Numbered from the stretch's first letter, positions 10,039 through 20,269 are shown. The stretch is DNA of 64,000 nt from an uncultured Clostridia bacterium (GCA_964591515.1 CAZQBW010000001.1:36316-100315), one strand, 5' to 3'. The notes: generated from the letters alone by a model not told the origin. Numbers and translations: made by a program.

Positions 10039-11577
10039 CTACCGCTGAAAGAGGAATTCCGGTGACGATGCTCCGTCCGGGTTGAGAACACGGACCGAGA
10101 CCGTCTCACCGGCGGGAATCGCCGTCGCCCAGGCGTTTTTCGACAGAGCCTTGTGGCGTGACTTCACCTTCGTATCGCGAACCAGCTCGCCGTTCACCAT
10201 GATCAGACTGCCGGCGCGGATGTCATCGCCTTCGACGATGAGCTTCGAGCCCTGGACTCGAATACCGGAAACGACCGGCGTCGAAGGTTCGCGGTGCTCG
10301 GCATCGATGGTCAGACCGAGGAAGCCGATGCACATCTCGTCCGTAGTCTTCTCGCCCCACGAGACGTCGACCGGCGGAATCGTCGGCTGATTGTGGTTCA
10401 GCTCAGAATTGTCGTACCGGGCCGTGAGCTCGACCCTCGTCGCACCTGGAATTGCCAGAGGCTGCCGGTATTTGTACGAGCCTTGCCAGTGGAAGTCCCA
10501 GTTGTCGATGAAGATGAGACACTGGCGCTCGCCCGTGACGAGGTTCTGGGCCGTCAGCTGCATCTCGCGTCCGAGCAGGTGCATATGCGGCGAGATGTAC
10601 TCAACCTTGACGTTCACCAAGGGCGGAAACGTGAACGACGCCGTAACCGGATAGTCACGCGCGTTGGCGGGAATCGTGAAGTTCTGATTGATAACCGGAA
10701 GGATGATCACGTCCTGGTATACCGGCGACCTCGCGAACTTGAGCGCGATCGACGTCGTGTCGACCTCATCCTGACCGTTCGGCTTGTAATGCACCTGAGC
10801 GACGATGCGAGCGCCCTTCGGCACGAGATAGCCAGTTCCATCACGGAGCACCTGTGGCGGAGCACCCGGTGCCCATCCGCCAAGCGTTCCTACAGTGGCG
10901 AAGCCCGGACCGCCGAAACTCGTGTAGCCGGGACCCGGATCCTGCTGATCGAGAGTAACGGAGATTCCGGTTGCGTCGATGTAGAGGATGACGTGGTGCA
11001 CGATCTTCCGATTGCTCGGGCTCACCTCGACGGCCGTGATGAATCGGTCCGCATCGAAGTTCGTCGGTATCGTGAAGCAGCGATAGATGTCGGCCGTAGC
11101 CGATGCCGGAACCCGGTAACCGCTCGGGACCGTCTGAAGTTCGATGTCAGGCACGCCGAGTTTCCACCCGTTGTCGAATACGAGCGACTCGGGCAGATCG
11201 ACTGGATTGCCCTCGGGAGCACCAGCATCCGCCCACTCCGCGAGCGTCGCGATTTCTTCATCCGTCAGGCCACGCTTGTTGGCGAAGTCGCCGCATCCGT
11301 CGACCGGCTTCCAGGGCGGCATCGCGCGAGATTGCGTCTCGGTCCGGATCGCTTCGGCCCACGGCGCGGCATCCTCGTACGTCATCAGACTGAAAGGAGC
11401 GATGTCACCCGGGTGGTGGCACGTCTGGCAGTTCTGCTGGAAGATCCGCACGACCTGATTCGAGAACGTTGCCGGCTCTGCAGGTGCTGCAGCCTGCGAA
11501 GTGGAGCGATCGGAAACGGCATACGCGCCCGCGGCGAGCGCCAACGCGAACGTGAGCAGACCGAGCGAACGTTTCAT
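10039..11577 (-). CDS. Secreted cytochrome c (PSCyt-like CQTCHH) fused to a copper type-II monooxygenase-like (PHM/DBH-like) domain
   Basis: Start placed at internal MKRSLGLLTFALALAAGAYA signal peptide. CxxCH plus MPPW motif. Motifs HHVILY and SPHMHLLGREM resemble Cu-monooxygenase His clusters. Confidence 0.6.
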   Translation of the reverse strand: MKRSLGLLTFALALAAGAYAVSDRSTSQAAAPAEPATFSNQVVRIFQQNCQTCHHPGDIAPFSLMTYEDAAPWAEAIRTETQSRAMPPWKPVDGCGDFANKRGLTDEEIATLAEWADAGAPEGNPVDLPESLVFDNGWKLGVPDIELQTVPSGYRVPASATADIYRCFTIPTNFDADRFITAVEVSPSNRKIVHHVILYIDATGISVTLDQQDPGPGYTSFGGPGFATVGTLGGWAPGAPPQVLRDGTGYLVPKGARIVAQVHYKPNGQDEVDTTSIALKFARSPVYQDVIILPVINQNFTIPANARDYPVTASFTFPPLVNVKVEYISPHMHLLGREMQLTAQNLVTGERQCLIFIDNWDFHWQGSYKYRQPLAIPGATRVELTARYDNSELNHNQPTIPPVDVSWGEKTTDEMCIGFLGLTIDAEHREPSTPVVSGIRVQGSKLIVEGDDIRAGSLIMVNGELVRDTKVKSRHKALSKNAWATAIPAGETVSVRVLNPDGASSPEFLFQR

Positions 11578-11817
11578 TACGAAAACCCTGTATCGGCGTG
11601 GGATGAGCGCGCGAACCGCGGCGCCCGAACTATACTCCGGACCCGACTCCTGGCTCAACGCCCGGGCCACCCCAATCCGATTTGTCTGGTGAATGCGTAG
11701 ACGGGTCGTTCAACCGACTGAGAACGACCCTGCAACTTCGGAATCTTCATGAGGAACTCCTGTCGCCGGTCGTGACTCAATCGCGTCCTCACCGCGAATG
11801 GAGGCGTCACGCAGGTC

Positions 11818-12015
11818 ATGAACGCGTTCTTCCGTGGGACGTCGCCCACCGTGTATGTCGACAATGCGACCGACAAGCGCTACTTCGAGACCCAGAACTA
11901 TTTCGAGTCCAGGCTCCGGCCGGGAGATCCGGTGAGCTCGCGCATCCACGGAACGCCGGGGTACCCGGTCACGATCACCGCCGGCTTGACGTTCCGGCTT
12001 TTCGCCAATAACTGA
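11818..12015 (+). pseudogene. Probable remnant of the C-terminus of a TonB-dependent outer-membrane receptor
   Basis: Translation VYVDNATDKRYFETQNYFESRLRPGDPVSSRIHGTPGYPVTITAGLTFRLF matches the TBDR C-terminal beta-barrel consensus. No upstream in-frame body. Confidence 0.4.
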
Positions 12016-12156
12016 CGAAGGCTATACTTCGGCCGCCCCAACGCTCTCGATCCAGACATTCAATTCACGCACTGCGAACGCGGCTCGGTGTCTCGCGACC
12101 CGACGCCGCGGTTTGCACGTTGAGGTTGGTCCATTGGGAATCCGCCGAGGTCGTTA

Positions 12157-13290
12157 ATGCAGCCAGAGCAGCCGTCGAGTCCGTCCGGCAAGGTGCCCGC
12201 GACGCTCCAGAAGGAGGTCCGTGCAAAACTAGCATCGCTCAACATCAAGCTCACGCTTGCGGCAGAGGAGCTCAAGAAGGAGACGAATCCGGACCGCATC
12301 CGGGAGTTACGAGACCTCTTGTACGAGCTGAAGGCCGAAGCGCAGACGGCAGTCGAAAAGTACCGATGGGCGCAGAAGCTCTATGCGGAGGACTCAGGCG
12401 GAGCGGGGTCTGCAACTGAAGCCGACAACTCCGTCGACGCCGCTTTCGATGGAGTCCTGGTTTTCGGCGATCTCGACCTGTTGTCGCCTCCGCCCCAGGA
12501 TCTCATCAGCGCTGCAGCCGGAAAGTCGACTGACCCGTTGAAACGGCGTGAGACTGACATCGACGACGACGTGGCTGTTGTCTTCGACATCGAGGCAGTA
12601 CAGGACCAGCCGGGTGCGGCCGCCAGGGCATTCGACGACCTCGACGCCTCGGCAGACGTGTTCGATTCGCTGACCTATTCAATCGAGCTCGACGCACCGG
12701 TCGAGGAGGCCGGTGGCGCTCGATCCTCCGTGGCGGGTCGCGGCGGTCGCATCGGCCAGGCTCTTGCGTATGCCGTGTCCGCGTCCCAGGCAGCGGGTGT
12801 TGCGCTGGCAGCGCCGTTGGCGGCAGCATCGCTTGCGATCGAGGGCGGTGCGGACGAGAACGCGACAATCGCGGCGGCGCTCCACGACGTCTGCGAAGGA
12901 CCGGGTGGCGGAGAGCGGCAGCAGGAAGTCATTGACGAGTTCGGGCCTGCCGTTGGCGGCCTGCTCGAGTGGTGCGGGTGGATGAAGTCGATCGATCCGT
13001 GGGAACAGCGCGACCGCGCCTGGTTCACACACTTGCAAACCGCGCCTCCCGATGCGTTCCTCGTCTCGATCTGTTACCGGATCGCAACGTTGTCGGCGAT
13101 CGAGCGTGCGCGTCGCGCGCTCGGCGTCGAGGCGCTTGGCGAATCGGACAAACACCGCGAGCGGTTCTTCTGGAGCCAGCGCGCAATGCTCAAGGCCTAC
13201 AAGTCGAAGGCTCGTGGTCCGCTCGTCGACGAATGGCAGCGTCTCGTCGACGAGCTCGAGACCGGATCTGCCGGGAAGCCCGCCGTTTAA
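12157..13290 (+). CDS. Hypothetical protein: coiled-coil N-terminus plus C-terminal HD-like phosphohydrolase domain
   Basis: ALHDVCEG (HD-like) and surrounding helical region. Weak. Confidence 0.45.
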   Translation: MQPEQPSSPSGKVPATLQKEVRAKLASLNIKLTLAAEELKKETNPDRIRELRDLLYELKAEAQTAVEKYRWAQKLYAEDSGGAGSATEADNSVDAAFDGVLVFGDLDLLSPPPQDLISAAAGKSTDPLKRRETDIDDDVAVVFDIEAVQDQPGAAARAFDDLDASADVFDSLTYSIELDAPVEEAGGARSSVAGRGGRIGQALAYAVSASQAAGVALAAPLAAASLAIEGGADENATIAAALHDVCEGPGGGERQQEVIDEFGPAVGGLLEWCGWMKSIDPWEQRDRAWFTHLQTAPPDAFLVSICYRIATLSAIERARRALGVEALGESDKHRERFFWSQRAMLKAYKSKARGPLVDEWQRLVDELETGSAGKPAV

Positions 13291-13351
13291 TGGTCAGAAC
13301 ATGGGTCAGGTCCTGATCGGAACCGCGAGCGACCGGGTGGATGGGGCAGAA

Positions 13352-13514
13352 GGCGTTGCCGTACAGTGTTCACAGAGGCACAGAGCACGCAGCGAGACAA
13401 TCATCAGAACTCAGAGTTCTCGGTGACTCCGTGCTCTCCGGACGGCGACGCCTTCTGCAGAGGTGTGCTGAAACGCCAGAGAGCACAGAGCCTATGACGA
13501 CTCTGTGCTCTCTG
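13352..13514. repeat. CACAGAG-family palindromic element (degenerate about 100-bp copy plus a perfect 14-bp-stem hairpin cagagagcacagag/ctctgtgctctctg)
   Basis: Read in sequence. Lies between convergent genes, so may act as a bidirectional terminator. Confidence 0.55.
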
Positions 13515-13554
13515 TGAGCGGAGCGTGCCGCTGTCTGAAGCGCCTTGCCTCGAC

Positions 13555-14361
13555 CTACTTGAAGCCAAGCTTCGTTCGCAGCTTGTCCTTGACGATGACA
13601 CCCTTGGCGAATGCCGCGTCAGCAGTCTCACGCACTCCCACGAGAGTGAACGTATGCCACTTCGCCTTCGCGTCGGCGAGCATCGCCTTGACGGCGGCGA
13701 GCTCTGCTTCTTCCGCAGCCACATTCACCTTTCTTTCCTTCGCGGCGTCCATCAATCCGGTTGCCCAGACAACGATTCCGTTGGCGCGATCGATCGCTTC
13801 CATGGCCGTCAGCGCGGAGGCCTCGATGTCCTTGCGATTCGGCAGGAGGTTCCGTTCGATGCCGTGGCACTGGGCGCACAGATTCGCTGCTTCAGGCGGG
13901 AACGAGGCGACGGTTGACGCCATGTGCTGATGGCACGTCGCGCACGTCGGTCCGAGGCCGGCGGCCTTCAACTTCTGGTAATGCGTGCTGCCGGTGAATG
14001 CCGTCGTAATCGGCTCGTGGCAGGCGCCGCAGGTCTGCGGGAGGTTGAGGGAATTGGTCTTGCTCTGCGCTTCTACTGACTTGAGTACGCCGACGTGGGA
14101 CTTTTCCTTGCGGTCCGTGGTCGGGTCCCCGCCGTGGCATTTGTCGCAACTCACGGCCGTCTGCATGTGCCGCGAGAGGTGCCACTCGAGATAGTGGTTG
14201 GTCATTCCCTCGAACTTGAGGTCTCTGGAATGACACGAAACGCACGAGTTGCCCTTGAAAGCCGCGAGTTCGTCCTGAGGCGAGTCGGTGACAGGTCTCG
14301 CGAACGCGATGACTCCGAGGAACAATGCGGCGAAGGCGACGACGACAAAGGTCTTGAACAT
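13555..14361 (-). CDS. Pentaheme c-type cytochrome (secreted or membrane-anchored)
   Basis: Five CxxCH motifs (CVSCH, CDKCH, CGACH, CATCH, CAQCH). Start placed at MFKTFVVVAFAALFLGVIAFA. Confidence 0.8.
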   Translation of the reverse strand: MFKTFVVVAFAALFLGVIAFARPVTDSPQDELAAFKGNSCVSCHSRDLKFEGMTNHYLEWHLSRHMQTAVSCDKCHGGDPTTDRKEKSHVGVLKSVEAQSKTNSLNLPQTCGACHEPITTAFTGSTHYQKLKAAGLGPTCATCHQHMASTVASFPPEAANLCAQCHGIERNLLPNRKDIEASALTAMEAIDRANGIVVWATGLMDAAKERKVNVAAEEAELAAVKAMLADAKAKWHTFTLVGVRETADAAFAKGVIVKDKLRTKLGFK

Positions 14362-14793
14362 GGCGCTTCTCCCATCGAGCGGCTCGACGCCTGCGCCGTG
14401 GCTACTCAGATGTGGCGCCGATTCCTGCCGAGCCTGCGCGATGGAAGGTGCAACCTGCGTGCCAAGTTGACGATTTGAACGCCCCAGACTGGGGCAGCCC
14501 GAAATCGCCGCGTTCCCCCGCATCCCGCCGTCCTTCAGGTATTTCGCTCTGATCGAATCTGCGCCATATGACGAGCCCACGTGCGGAAATGCACCCGGCT
14601 CGACGCTTCATTTCTGAAGGCGTCCGGTGCCTGGCATCCGGCCACCGCGGGCGGACGGCGCCGGCGACCCGACTTCCACCATCTTGAAAGGATCTCAGTG
14701 GAGAATGCGAACGATCCGCTAGTCCATGGCGCAGAGATCCCCCGGGCCGTCAGAGTTTCCGCGATGTCGATCGTTAGTTCCCTCTGACTGAGA

Positions 14794-17064
14794 TCACGGA
14801 ATCGTCGCCACGACGGCTGCCGAGTATGCGGGACCGGGATTGGCGATCCGCACTTCCACTTGTGTTCCTGCCGGCACTGCCGCCCGTTCGATTCGTACGC
14901 GGAAGCTCTTCTTGCTCGTCCGCTCAACCGACATCAATGGAACGGCAGTGCCCGAGCCGTCCGCGAGCCTCACATCGACCGTCGCGTCGTCGAGTACGTA
15001 CTTTCCGCGCACTGTCAGCGTGATGTTCGATCCGTCAGCCACGGTTACTTTCTTGACGAGCGGTCCGATCAGCAGCAGCGGAACGACCGCAACGGATGGA
15101 TCCGTCCCCGGATTCCGGACCTGTACAACCACGCTGCCAGGCGTGTTGCGAACCTCCGGAATGTCATCGAGCGCAACTCTCAGCGTCCGCATGTCGACGA
15201 ACTCAGTCGGCGCGTCGATCCCGTTCAGGACCGCTACTGACCCCGCGACGAACAGCCGCGATGCGTCCGTCGATGCGTTGTTCAGAGTCAGGACGATACC
15301 GGGCTCGCCAGCGTAGATCTTCTTCCTGTCGGGAGCGACAGTCACCGACGTAAGGAGCGGTGAGCTCTGAGCTCCGCGACCGGCGCGCTGGCTGAACCAC
15401 TTTCCAGAGATGATGTACGACTCGCCAGCCGCGTCCAGTCTGTTCCCGGCGCCATCGCCGCCCATTGCATTCGGAACCAGGTCGATGAATCCGTCTCCGT
15501 CGACGTCACCGGTCGCGAGTGAGTACGTGAACATGTCGCCCGCATCAGGCGCCACGATCTGGAAGATCGGCACCGACGGCGGATTGTTCGCCGTGTCGAC
15601 GATCGCCGGAAATGGCTGCTCCGAGCCGAAGATGACTTTCAGGTCGCCGGCGGATTCGCGTCCTGCGCCAGCGTTGATCGGACTTCCGAAGAGAATGTCG
15701 TCGAGACCGTCGTCGTCGATGTCGGCGATACGTAGCGAATCCGCGCCAATGTCGCCGGCGTTCTCACCGTAAATTGTCAGCGCCTTCGCGTTTGCCGCGT
15801 TCCTGAGATCGATCCGGTCTCCGCGTCCGAAACGGCTCCCCCAGACGATGTAGCCGATACCCGCTGCATTCCTGCCCGGCGCATCCGCAACGAGGGCGCC
15901 GATCGCCAGTTCATCGCGCCCGTCGCCGTCGATGTCGCCGGCATCGACGTCTTCCCCAAAGTACCCGTTCGCCTGATCGCCATACACGATGGTGGTGTCG
16001 TTCGGCGGATTCGAAAGCTGAATGGCGGATGGCCACGCCGCGCGACCGTAGAGCACAGTCACCTCGCCAGCGTTCTGCCGGTCGTTGTTCGGGCCGTCGC
16101 CGCCGCCCTGGCCGATGCCGTTGTTCACCTGGCCGTAGCCGGTATACGCAGCCCCCGCGCGCGAGACTCCGGCCGAGCAGGCGATGTCTCCGAAACCGTC
16201 GCCATCGAAATCGCCGGTGGAGATGCACGAGCCGAAGTGATCCTGGTCATCGAGTCCATAGACTGCGGTCACGTCGAGACTGCTCAGATCGGAACCTCGG
16301 GAAAGGTCTATCCGGGCCGGAAAATCCTGACCGCCTGGAATCATGTAAAGGATGCCCCGGGCGGCGCCGGCCCCGCTGCTGCTCTTCGCAAGGTCCGCCG
16401 AGACGAGAATATCGGCGATATCGTCACCGGTGACGTCGCCGGCGTGAACCCAGAATCCCAGCCGGTCGCCCGGGTTCGCTCCGAGAATCTGAATGACGGA
16501 GGGTCCCGGATTGACGAGGTCGATCGTTGGAGGAAACTCGGGCCGGCCGATCACGACATATGCCACGCCTGCCTGCGACCGATTCGAGTCGTTGTCGAAT
16601 CCGTCTCCGTTCTGCGCACCAGTCAGGATATCGGCGATCCCGTCACCGGTGACGTCGCCGAGCGAGATCTCGGTTCCGAGAAAGTCGTCCGGGCGAGCGC
16701 CGAAGATCGAGCACGTGCCCGCAGGAGCCTGGGCCATGTCCACAACCGACCCGGTCAGCGCATCCGCGGATCCGAAGGCCACGTTGATCTGACCGGCAGC
16801 ACGGCGCCCGCCGGACGGTCCCGACGGTCCGTAGAACGCGGCAAGCGCAACGTCATCGAAACCGTCGCCGTTGACATCGCCAGAGCCGACCGGCATTCCG
16901 AGGAGCGATCCTTCGGAGTAGCCGTTGTAGACCGTCATCTGTCCCATCTGGCTGGTGTCACGAGTGTCCCAGATCCGAGTGTAGATGGCGGATGCCGGAA
17001 TTGCCGGAATGGACCAGAGAACGATGGCGGGCAGGACGAGGCTTGCAATGTAGCGTCGGTTCAC
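14794..17064 (-). CDS. Secreted FG-GAP (integrin-alpha-like) beta-propeller protein with C-terminal Ig-like (IPT/TIG-like) domains
   Basis: Signal peptide. Repeated GDVNGDGFDDV, GDVTGDGIADIL, GDFDGDGFGDI, GDIDGDGRDEL, GDVDGDGFIDLV motifs. Confidence 0.8.
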   Translation of the reverse strand: MNRRYIASLVLPAIVLWSIPAIPASAIYTRIWDTRDTSQMGQMTVYNGYSEGSLLGMPVGSGDVNGDGFDDVALAAFYGPSGPSGGRRAAGQINVAFGSADALTGSVVDMAQAPAGTCSIFGARPDDFLGTEISLGDVTGDGIADILTGAQNGDGFDNDSNRSQAGVAYVVIGRPEFPPTIDLVNPGPSVIQILGANPGDRLGFWVHAGDVTGDDIADILVSADLAKSSSGAGAARGILYMIPGGQDFPARIDLSRGSDLSSLDVTAVYGLDDQDHFGSCISTGDFDGDGFGDIACSAGVSRAGAAYTGYGQVNNGIGQGGGDGPNNDRQNAGEVTVLYGRAAWPSAIQLSNPPNDTTIVYGDQANGYFGEDVDAGDIDGDGRDELAIGALVADAPGRNAAGIGYIVWGSRFGRGDRIDLRNAANAKALTIYGENAGDIGADSLRIADIDDDGLDDILFGSPINAGAGRESAGDLKVIFGSEQPFPAIVDTANNPPSVPIFQIVAPDAGDMFTYSLATGDVDGDGFIDLVPNAMGGDGAGNRLDAAGESYIISGKWFSQRAGRGAQSSPLLTSVTVAPDRKKIYAGEPGIVLTLNNASTDASRLFVAGSVAVLNGIDAPTEFVDMRTLRVALDDIPEVRNTPGSVVVQVRNPGTDPSVAVVPLLLIGPLVKKVTVADGSNITLTVRGKYVLDDATVDVRLADGSGTAVPLMSVERTSKKSFRVRIERAAVPAGTQVEVRIANPGPAYSAAVVATIP

Positions 17065-17170
17065 GAGGTGCGAGTCTCCTTACAAGGTGTATCCGGGATG
17101 ATAGCAGCTTGCCGAAGGACGGCTTCACGACCGTATCCGCAGGAGACAAAAGGGCCTTCGGCCGGCTTGG

Positions 17171-17198
17171 TTGACAAAGTCCAGAATGACCGTATACT
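17171..17198 (+). promoter_or_regulatory. Near-consensus sigma70 promoter TTGACA-N16-TATACT upstream of yceD-rpmF-plsX-fabD-acpP-fabF
   Basis: ttgacaaagtccagaatgaccgtatact, read directly. Confidence 0.45.
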
Positions 17199-17218
17199 TC
17201 TCGCTTTTTGGCAGGCAG

Positions 17219-17746
17219 ATGGAAATCGATCTTATTCACCTTGAACCGGATGGTCAGCATCTTCGAATTGCGTTCGGGGCCCTCGAGTTCGGCGCGCAAC
17301 GGAAGAGGGAGCTGCTTCGTCCGCTTCGGGCCGAGATTACGGCGTGGGTGAGGCCTGAGGGTGGAGTTGTTCGGGTGACGGGTGAGATCGAAGCCACGGC
17401 CAGTGCCGAATGCGATCGTTGTTTGAAACCGCTTGAACTTGCCCTGGTCGGAACCTTCGACCAGCGCTACGTCCACGAAGCCGCCCCGAGTGGCGTCGAC
17501 GTCGACGAGACCGAGCTCGACCCGACCGAGCTCGACATCGAAGAGCTGCCTTCGGGTGTGCTCGACGTCCGCGAGGTGGCCCGGGAGCAGGTCGCACTCC
17601 TCGCCCCGATGCACGTGCTCTGTTCCGAGTCTTGTGCGGGACTTTGTCCGACGTGCGGTGGGGACCTGAACGTGACGACCTGCGGATGTGAATCCGAGCA
17701 GATCGATCCGCGCTGGGAAGCGCTAAAGCGGTTGCAGAATTCCTGA
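17219..17746 (+). CDS. yceD: YceD/DUF177-family protein (23S rRNA accumulation protein)
   Basis: C-terminal Cys cluster CSESCAGLCPTCG...CGC. Position immediately upstream of rpmF. Start moved to internal ATG to clear the promoter. Confidence 0.7.
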   Translation: MEIDLIHLEPDGQHLRIAFGALEFGAQRKRELLRPLRAEITAWVRPEGGVVRVTGEIEATASAECDRCLKPLELALVGTFDQRYVHEAAPSGVDVDETELDPTELDIEELPSGVLDVREVAREQVALLAPMHVLCSESCAGLCPTCGGDLNVTTCGCESEQIDPRWEALKRLQNS

Positions 17747-17778
17747 AATCAGAGATTTCGACGAGAAGGTGACTCACA

Positions 17779-17964
17779 ATGCCGAATCCGAAACGACGCC
17801 ATTCCAAGTCGCGACGCAACATGCGCCGCGCCCATGATGCCATCGACGCGCCGCAGACTGTCGCGTGCAAGACCTGCGGTCAGCCGTCGATGCCGCACCG
17901 CATGTGCCCGAGCTGCGGGCACTACGACGGAAAACTGATCAAGAAGATCGAAGACGAGGCATAG
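17779..17964 (+). CDS. rpmF: 50S ribosomal protein L32
   Basis: MPNPKRRHSKSRRNMRRAHDA plus zinc-ribbon cysteines. Confidence 0.9.
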   Translation: MPNPKRRHSKSRRNMRRAHDAIDAPQTVACKTCGQPSMPHRMCPSCGHYDGKLIKKIEDEA

Positions 17965-17992
17965 CCTCCGTTTCCGCCTGCGCCCGCGCCTG

Positions 17993-19009
17993 ATGATCAG
18001 AATTGCCGTCGACGCGATGGGGGGCGATCACGCCCCGGGTCCCGAAGTCGAAGGATCCATCCAGGCCGCCAACGAACTCGGCGTCGAAGTCGTGCTCGTC
18101 GGTGCGGCGGCGCGTCTTCGGGAAGAGCTTCGGCGAAAGGGCTGGCACGGCGGACGAGGCATTGACGTCCTCGATGCAACGGAAGTCATCACGATGTCAG
18201 ACCCGGTTGCGCAGGCGATTCGTCGCAAGCGCAACAGTTCGTTGCACGTTGCTGCGCAAGAGGTTGCGGACGGACGTGCCGACGGATTGGTGTCTGCCGG
18301 AAACACCGGCGCCGTGATGGGCGTTGCGATGATCAAGCTGGGAACGCTCCAGACGGTCGACCGCCCGGCACTCGCCACGGTACTGCCGACGGTAACCGGA
18401 CGCGGTGCGCTTCTTCTCGACGTCGGCGCAAACGCCGAGTGCAAGCCCGAACAGCTCATGCAGTTCGGAGTGATGGGCTCGATCTACGCGCGGGCCATCT
18501 TCCACATCGACGATCCGAAGGTGGCAATTCTGTCTATTGGCGAAGAAGAGATGAAGGGGAACGACCTGACGAAGGAAGCCCATCAGCTCCTCAAGACGGC
18601 GCCGATCCGCTTCGTCGGAAACATCGAGGGACGTGCGATCTTCAGCGGAGACGTGGACGTCATTGTCTGCGACGGGTTTACGGGCAACGTGACGCTCAAG
18701 GTCAGCGAAGGCATCATCGAGACGGTGATCCGGATGCTTCGTGAAGAGCTGCAGCGTTCGTTTCAGGGAATGGCTGGCGCCTTCCTCTCGCGCCCGGCGT
18801 TCCAGGCCTTCAAGAAGAGACTCGACTATGCAGAGTACGGGGGTGCTCCTCTGCTCGGCGTGACCCGCCCGACAGTCATTTGCCACGGACGTTCAAACAG
18901 CCGCGCGATACGAAACGCCATCCGCGTCGCCAAGGAATTCAGCGAGAGCGGGCTCAACCACCGTATCGACACGGATCTGGCCCGTACCAAGGAGCACGCA
19001 AGCGCCTGA
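17993..19009 (+). CDS. plsX: Phosphate acyltransferase PlsX
   Basis: MIRIAVDAMGGDHAP, 338 aa. Confidence 0.9.
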   Translation: MIRIAVDAMGGDHAPGPEVEGSIQAANELGVEVVLVGAAARLREELRRKGWHGGRGIDVLDATEVITMSDPVAQAIRRKRNSSLHVAAQEVADGRADGLVSAGNTGAVMGVAMIKLGTLQTVDRPALATVLPTVTGRGALLLDVGANAECKPEQLMQFGVMGSIYARAIFHIDDPKVAILSIGEEEMKGNDLTKEAHQLLKTAPIRFVGNIEGRAIFSGDVDVIVCDGFTGNVTLKVSEGIIETVIRMLREELQRSFQGMAGAFLSRPAFQAFKKRLDYAEYGGAPLLGVTRPTVICHGRSNSRAIRNAIRVAKEFSESGLNHRIDTDLARTKEHASA

Positions 19010-19028
19010 CCGGGTGCGGACCACATTC

Positions 19029-19985
19029 ATGACAACGGCATACATATTTCCCGGACAAGGATCGCAGGCCGTCGGCATGGGGCGGGCGCTCTACGACTCC
19101 AGTCCTGCTGCGCGTGACGTTTTCGCCGTGGCAGATGAGGCTCTCGGCCTTTCGATATCGAGCCTCTGTTTCGACGGTCCCGAAGACGACCTGAAGCTGA
19201 CGGCGAACACCCAGCCGGCAATCCTCACCGTCTCCGTTGCCGTTTACCGGGCAGCAATCGAGGCCGGAGCGCCGGAGCCGCAGTACGCGGCCGGGCACTC
19301 TCTGGGCGAGTATTCGGCGCTCGTGGCCGCAGGGGTTCTCGAATTGTCGGACGCAGTACGGCTCGTACGCGCTCGCGGAACGTTCATGCAGGAAGCCGTA
19401 CCTGTCGGCGTCGGCGCGATGGAAGTCGTGCTGGGCCTCGAGGACGAGAAGGTCGAGGAAGCGTGCCGCGAGGCCGCCCAGGGAGACGTCTGCGCGCCGG
19501 CCAACTACAACGGTGCCGGCCAGGTGGTCATCGCGGGAACTGCGGCCGCGGTTGCGCGGGCTGGCGAGATCGCCAAACGGCTCGGTGCAAAGCGCGTCAT
19601 AGCCATTCCGGTAAGCGCGCCGTTTCATACGGCGCTGATGCAACCAGCAGCTGAGCGAATGGTCGAGTTGCTCGAGGCAACATCGTTTCGCGACCCCAAG
19701 TTTCCGGTCGTGGCCAACTCGACGGCCGAGCTCGATTACACCGGGGAAAAGGCGCGGGAACTGCTCGAGAAGCAGATTGCGTCGCCCGTGCTCTGGGAGC
19801 AGTCGGTCATCAAGCTCGATGCCCTTGGCGTAAAGAATTGGGTTGAGATGGGACCCGGCCGTGTACTGGCCGGACTCGTTCGGAAGACGGTAAAGGGGGC
19901 GACGTGCCATTCGGTCGAGCGCCCGGACGACATCGTGGCTCTGTTTTCGGCCCCGGCGGCGGGCGCCGAGCCCGCTTCCGTGTAA
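19029..19985 (+). CDS. fabD: Malonyl-CoA:ACP transacylase
   Basis: [16 protein letters not shown]. Alternative GTG start at 19014. Confidence 0.9.
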   Translation: MTTAYIFPGQGSQAVGMGRALYDSSPAARDVFAVADEALGLSISSLCFDGPEDDLKLTANTQPAILTVSVAVYRAAIEAGAPEPQYAAGHSLGEYSALVAAGVLELSDAVRLVRARGTFMQEAVPVGVGAMEVVLGLEDEKVEEACREAAQGDVCAPANYNGAGQVVIAGTAAAVARAGEIAKRLGAKRVIAIPVSAPFHTALMQPAAERMVELLEATSFRDPKFPVVANSTAELDYTGEKARELLEKQIASPVLWEQSVIKLDALGVKNWVEMGPGRVLAGLVRKTVKGATCHSVERPDDIVALFSAPAAGAEPASV

Positions 19986-20014
19986 GGTATTTCAAACGTT
20001 CTCAGGAGGATCCC

Positions 20015-20263
20015 ATGGCGGATATCAGTGTTGAGGAAAAGGTCAAGCAGATCATCGTGGAAGAGCTTGGCGTCGATGAGCCGGAAGTCACGGCCAACGC
20101 GCGGTTCATCGAGGACCTTGGTGCGGACTCGCTCGATACGGTCGAGCTGGTGATGCGTTTCGAGGAAGAGTTCGACATCGAGATCCCGGACGAAGACGCC
20201 GAGAAGATCCAGAGCGTGCGCGACGCGGTCTCGTACATCGAGCAGTACAAGAAGGACAAGTAG
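20015..20263 (+). CDS. acpP: Acyl carrier protein
   Basis: [13 protein letters not shown] motif. RBS AGGAGGA precedes the ATG at 20015. Confidence 0.9.
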   Translation: MADISVEEKVKQIIVEELGVDEPEVTANARFIEDLGADSLDTVELVMRFEEEFDIEIPDEDAEKIQSVRDAVSYIEQYKKDK

Positions 20264-20269
20264 TCGTCG

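Noticed and set aside
10294-11700. 468-aa plus-strand ORF antisense to the cytochrome/Cu-monooxygenase gene
   Set aside because: Low-complexity Arg/Asp-rich translation. The opposite strand encodes a coherent CxxCH protein.
16237-17244. 335-aa plus-strand ORF antisense to the FG-GAP gene
   Set aside because: Antisense artefact. Overlaps the yceD promoter.
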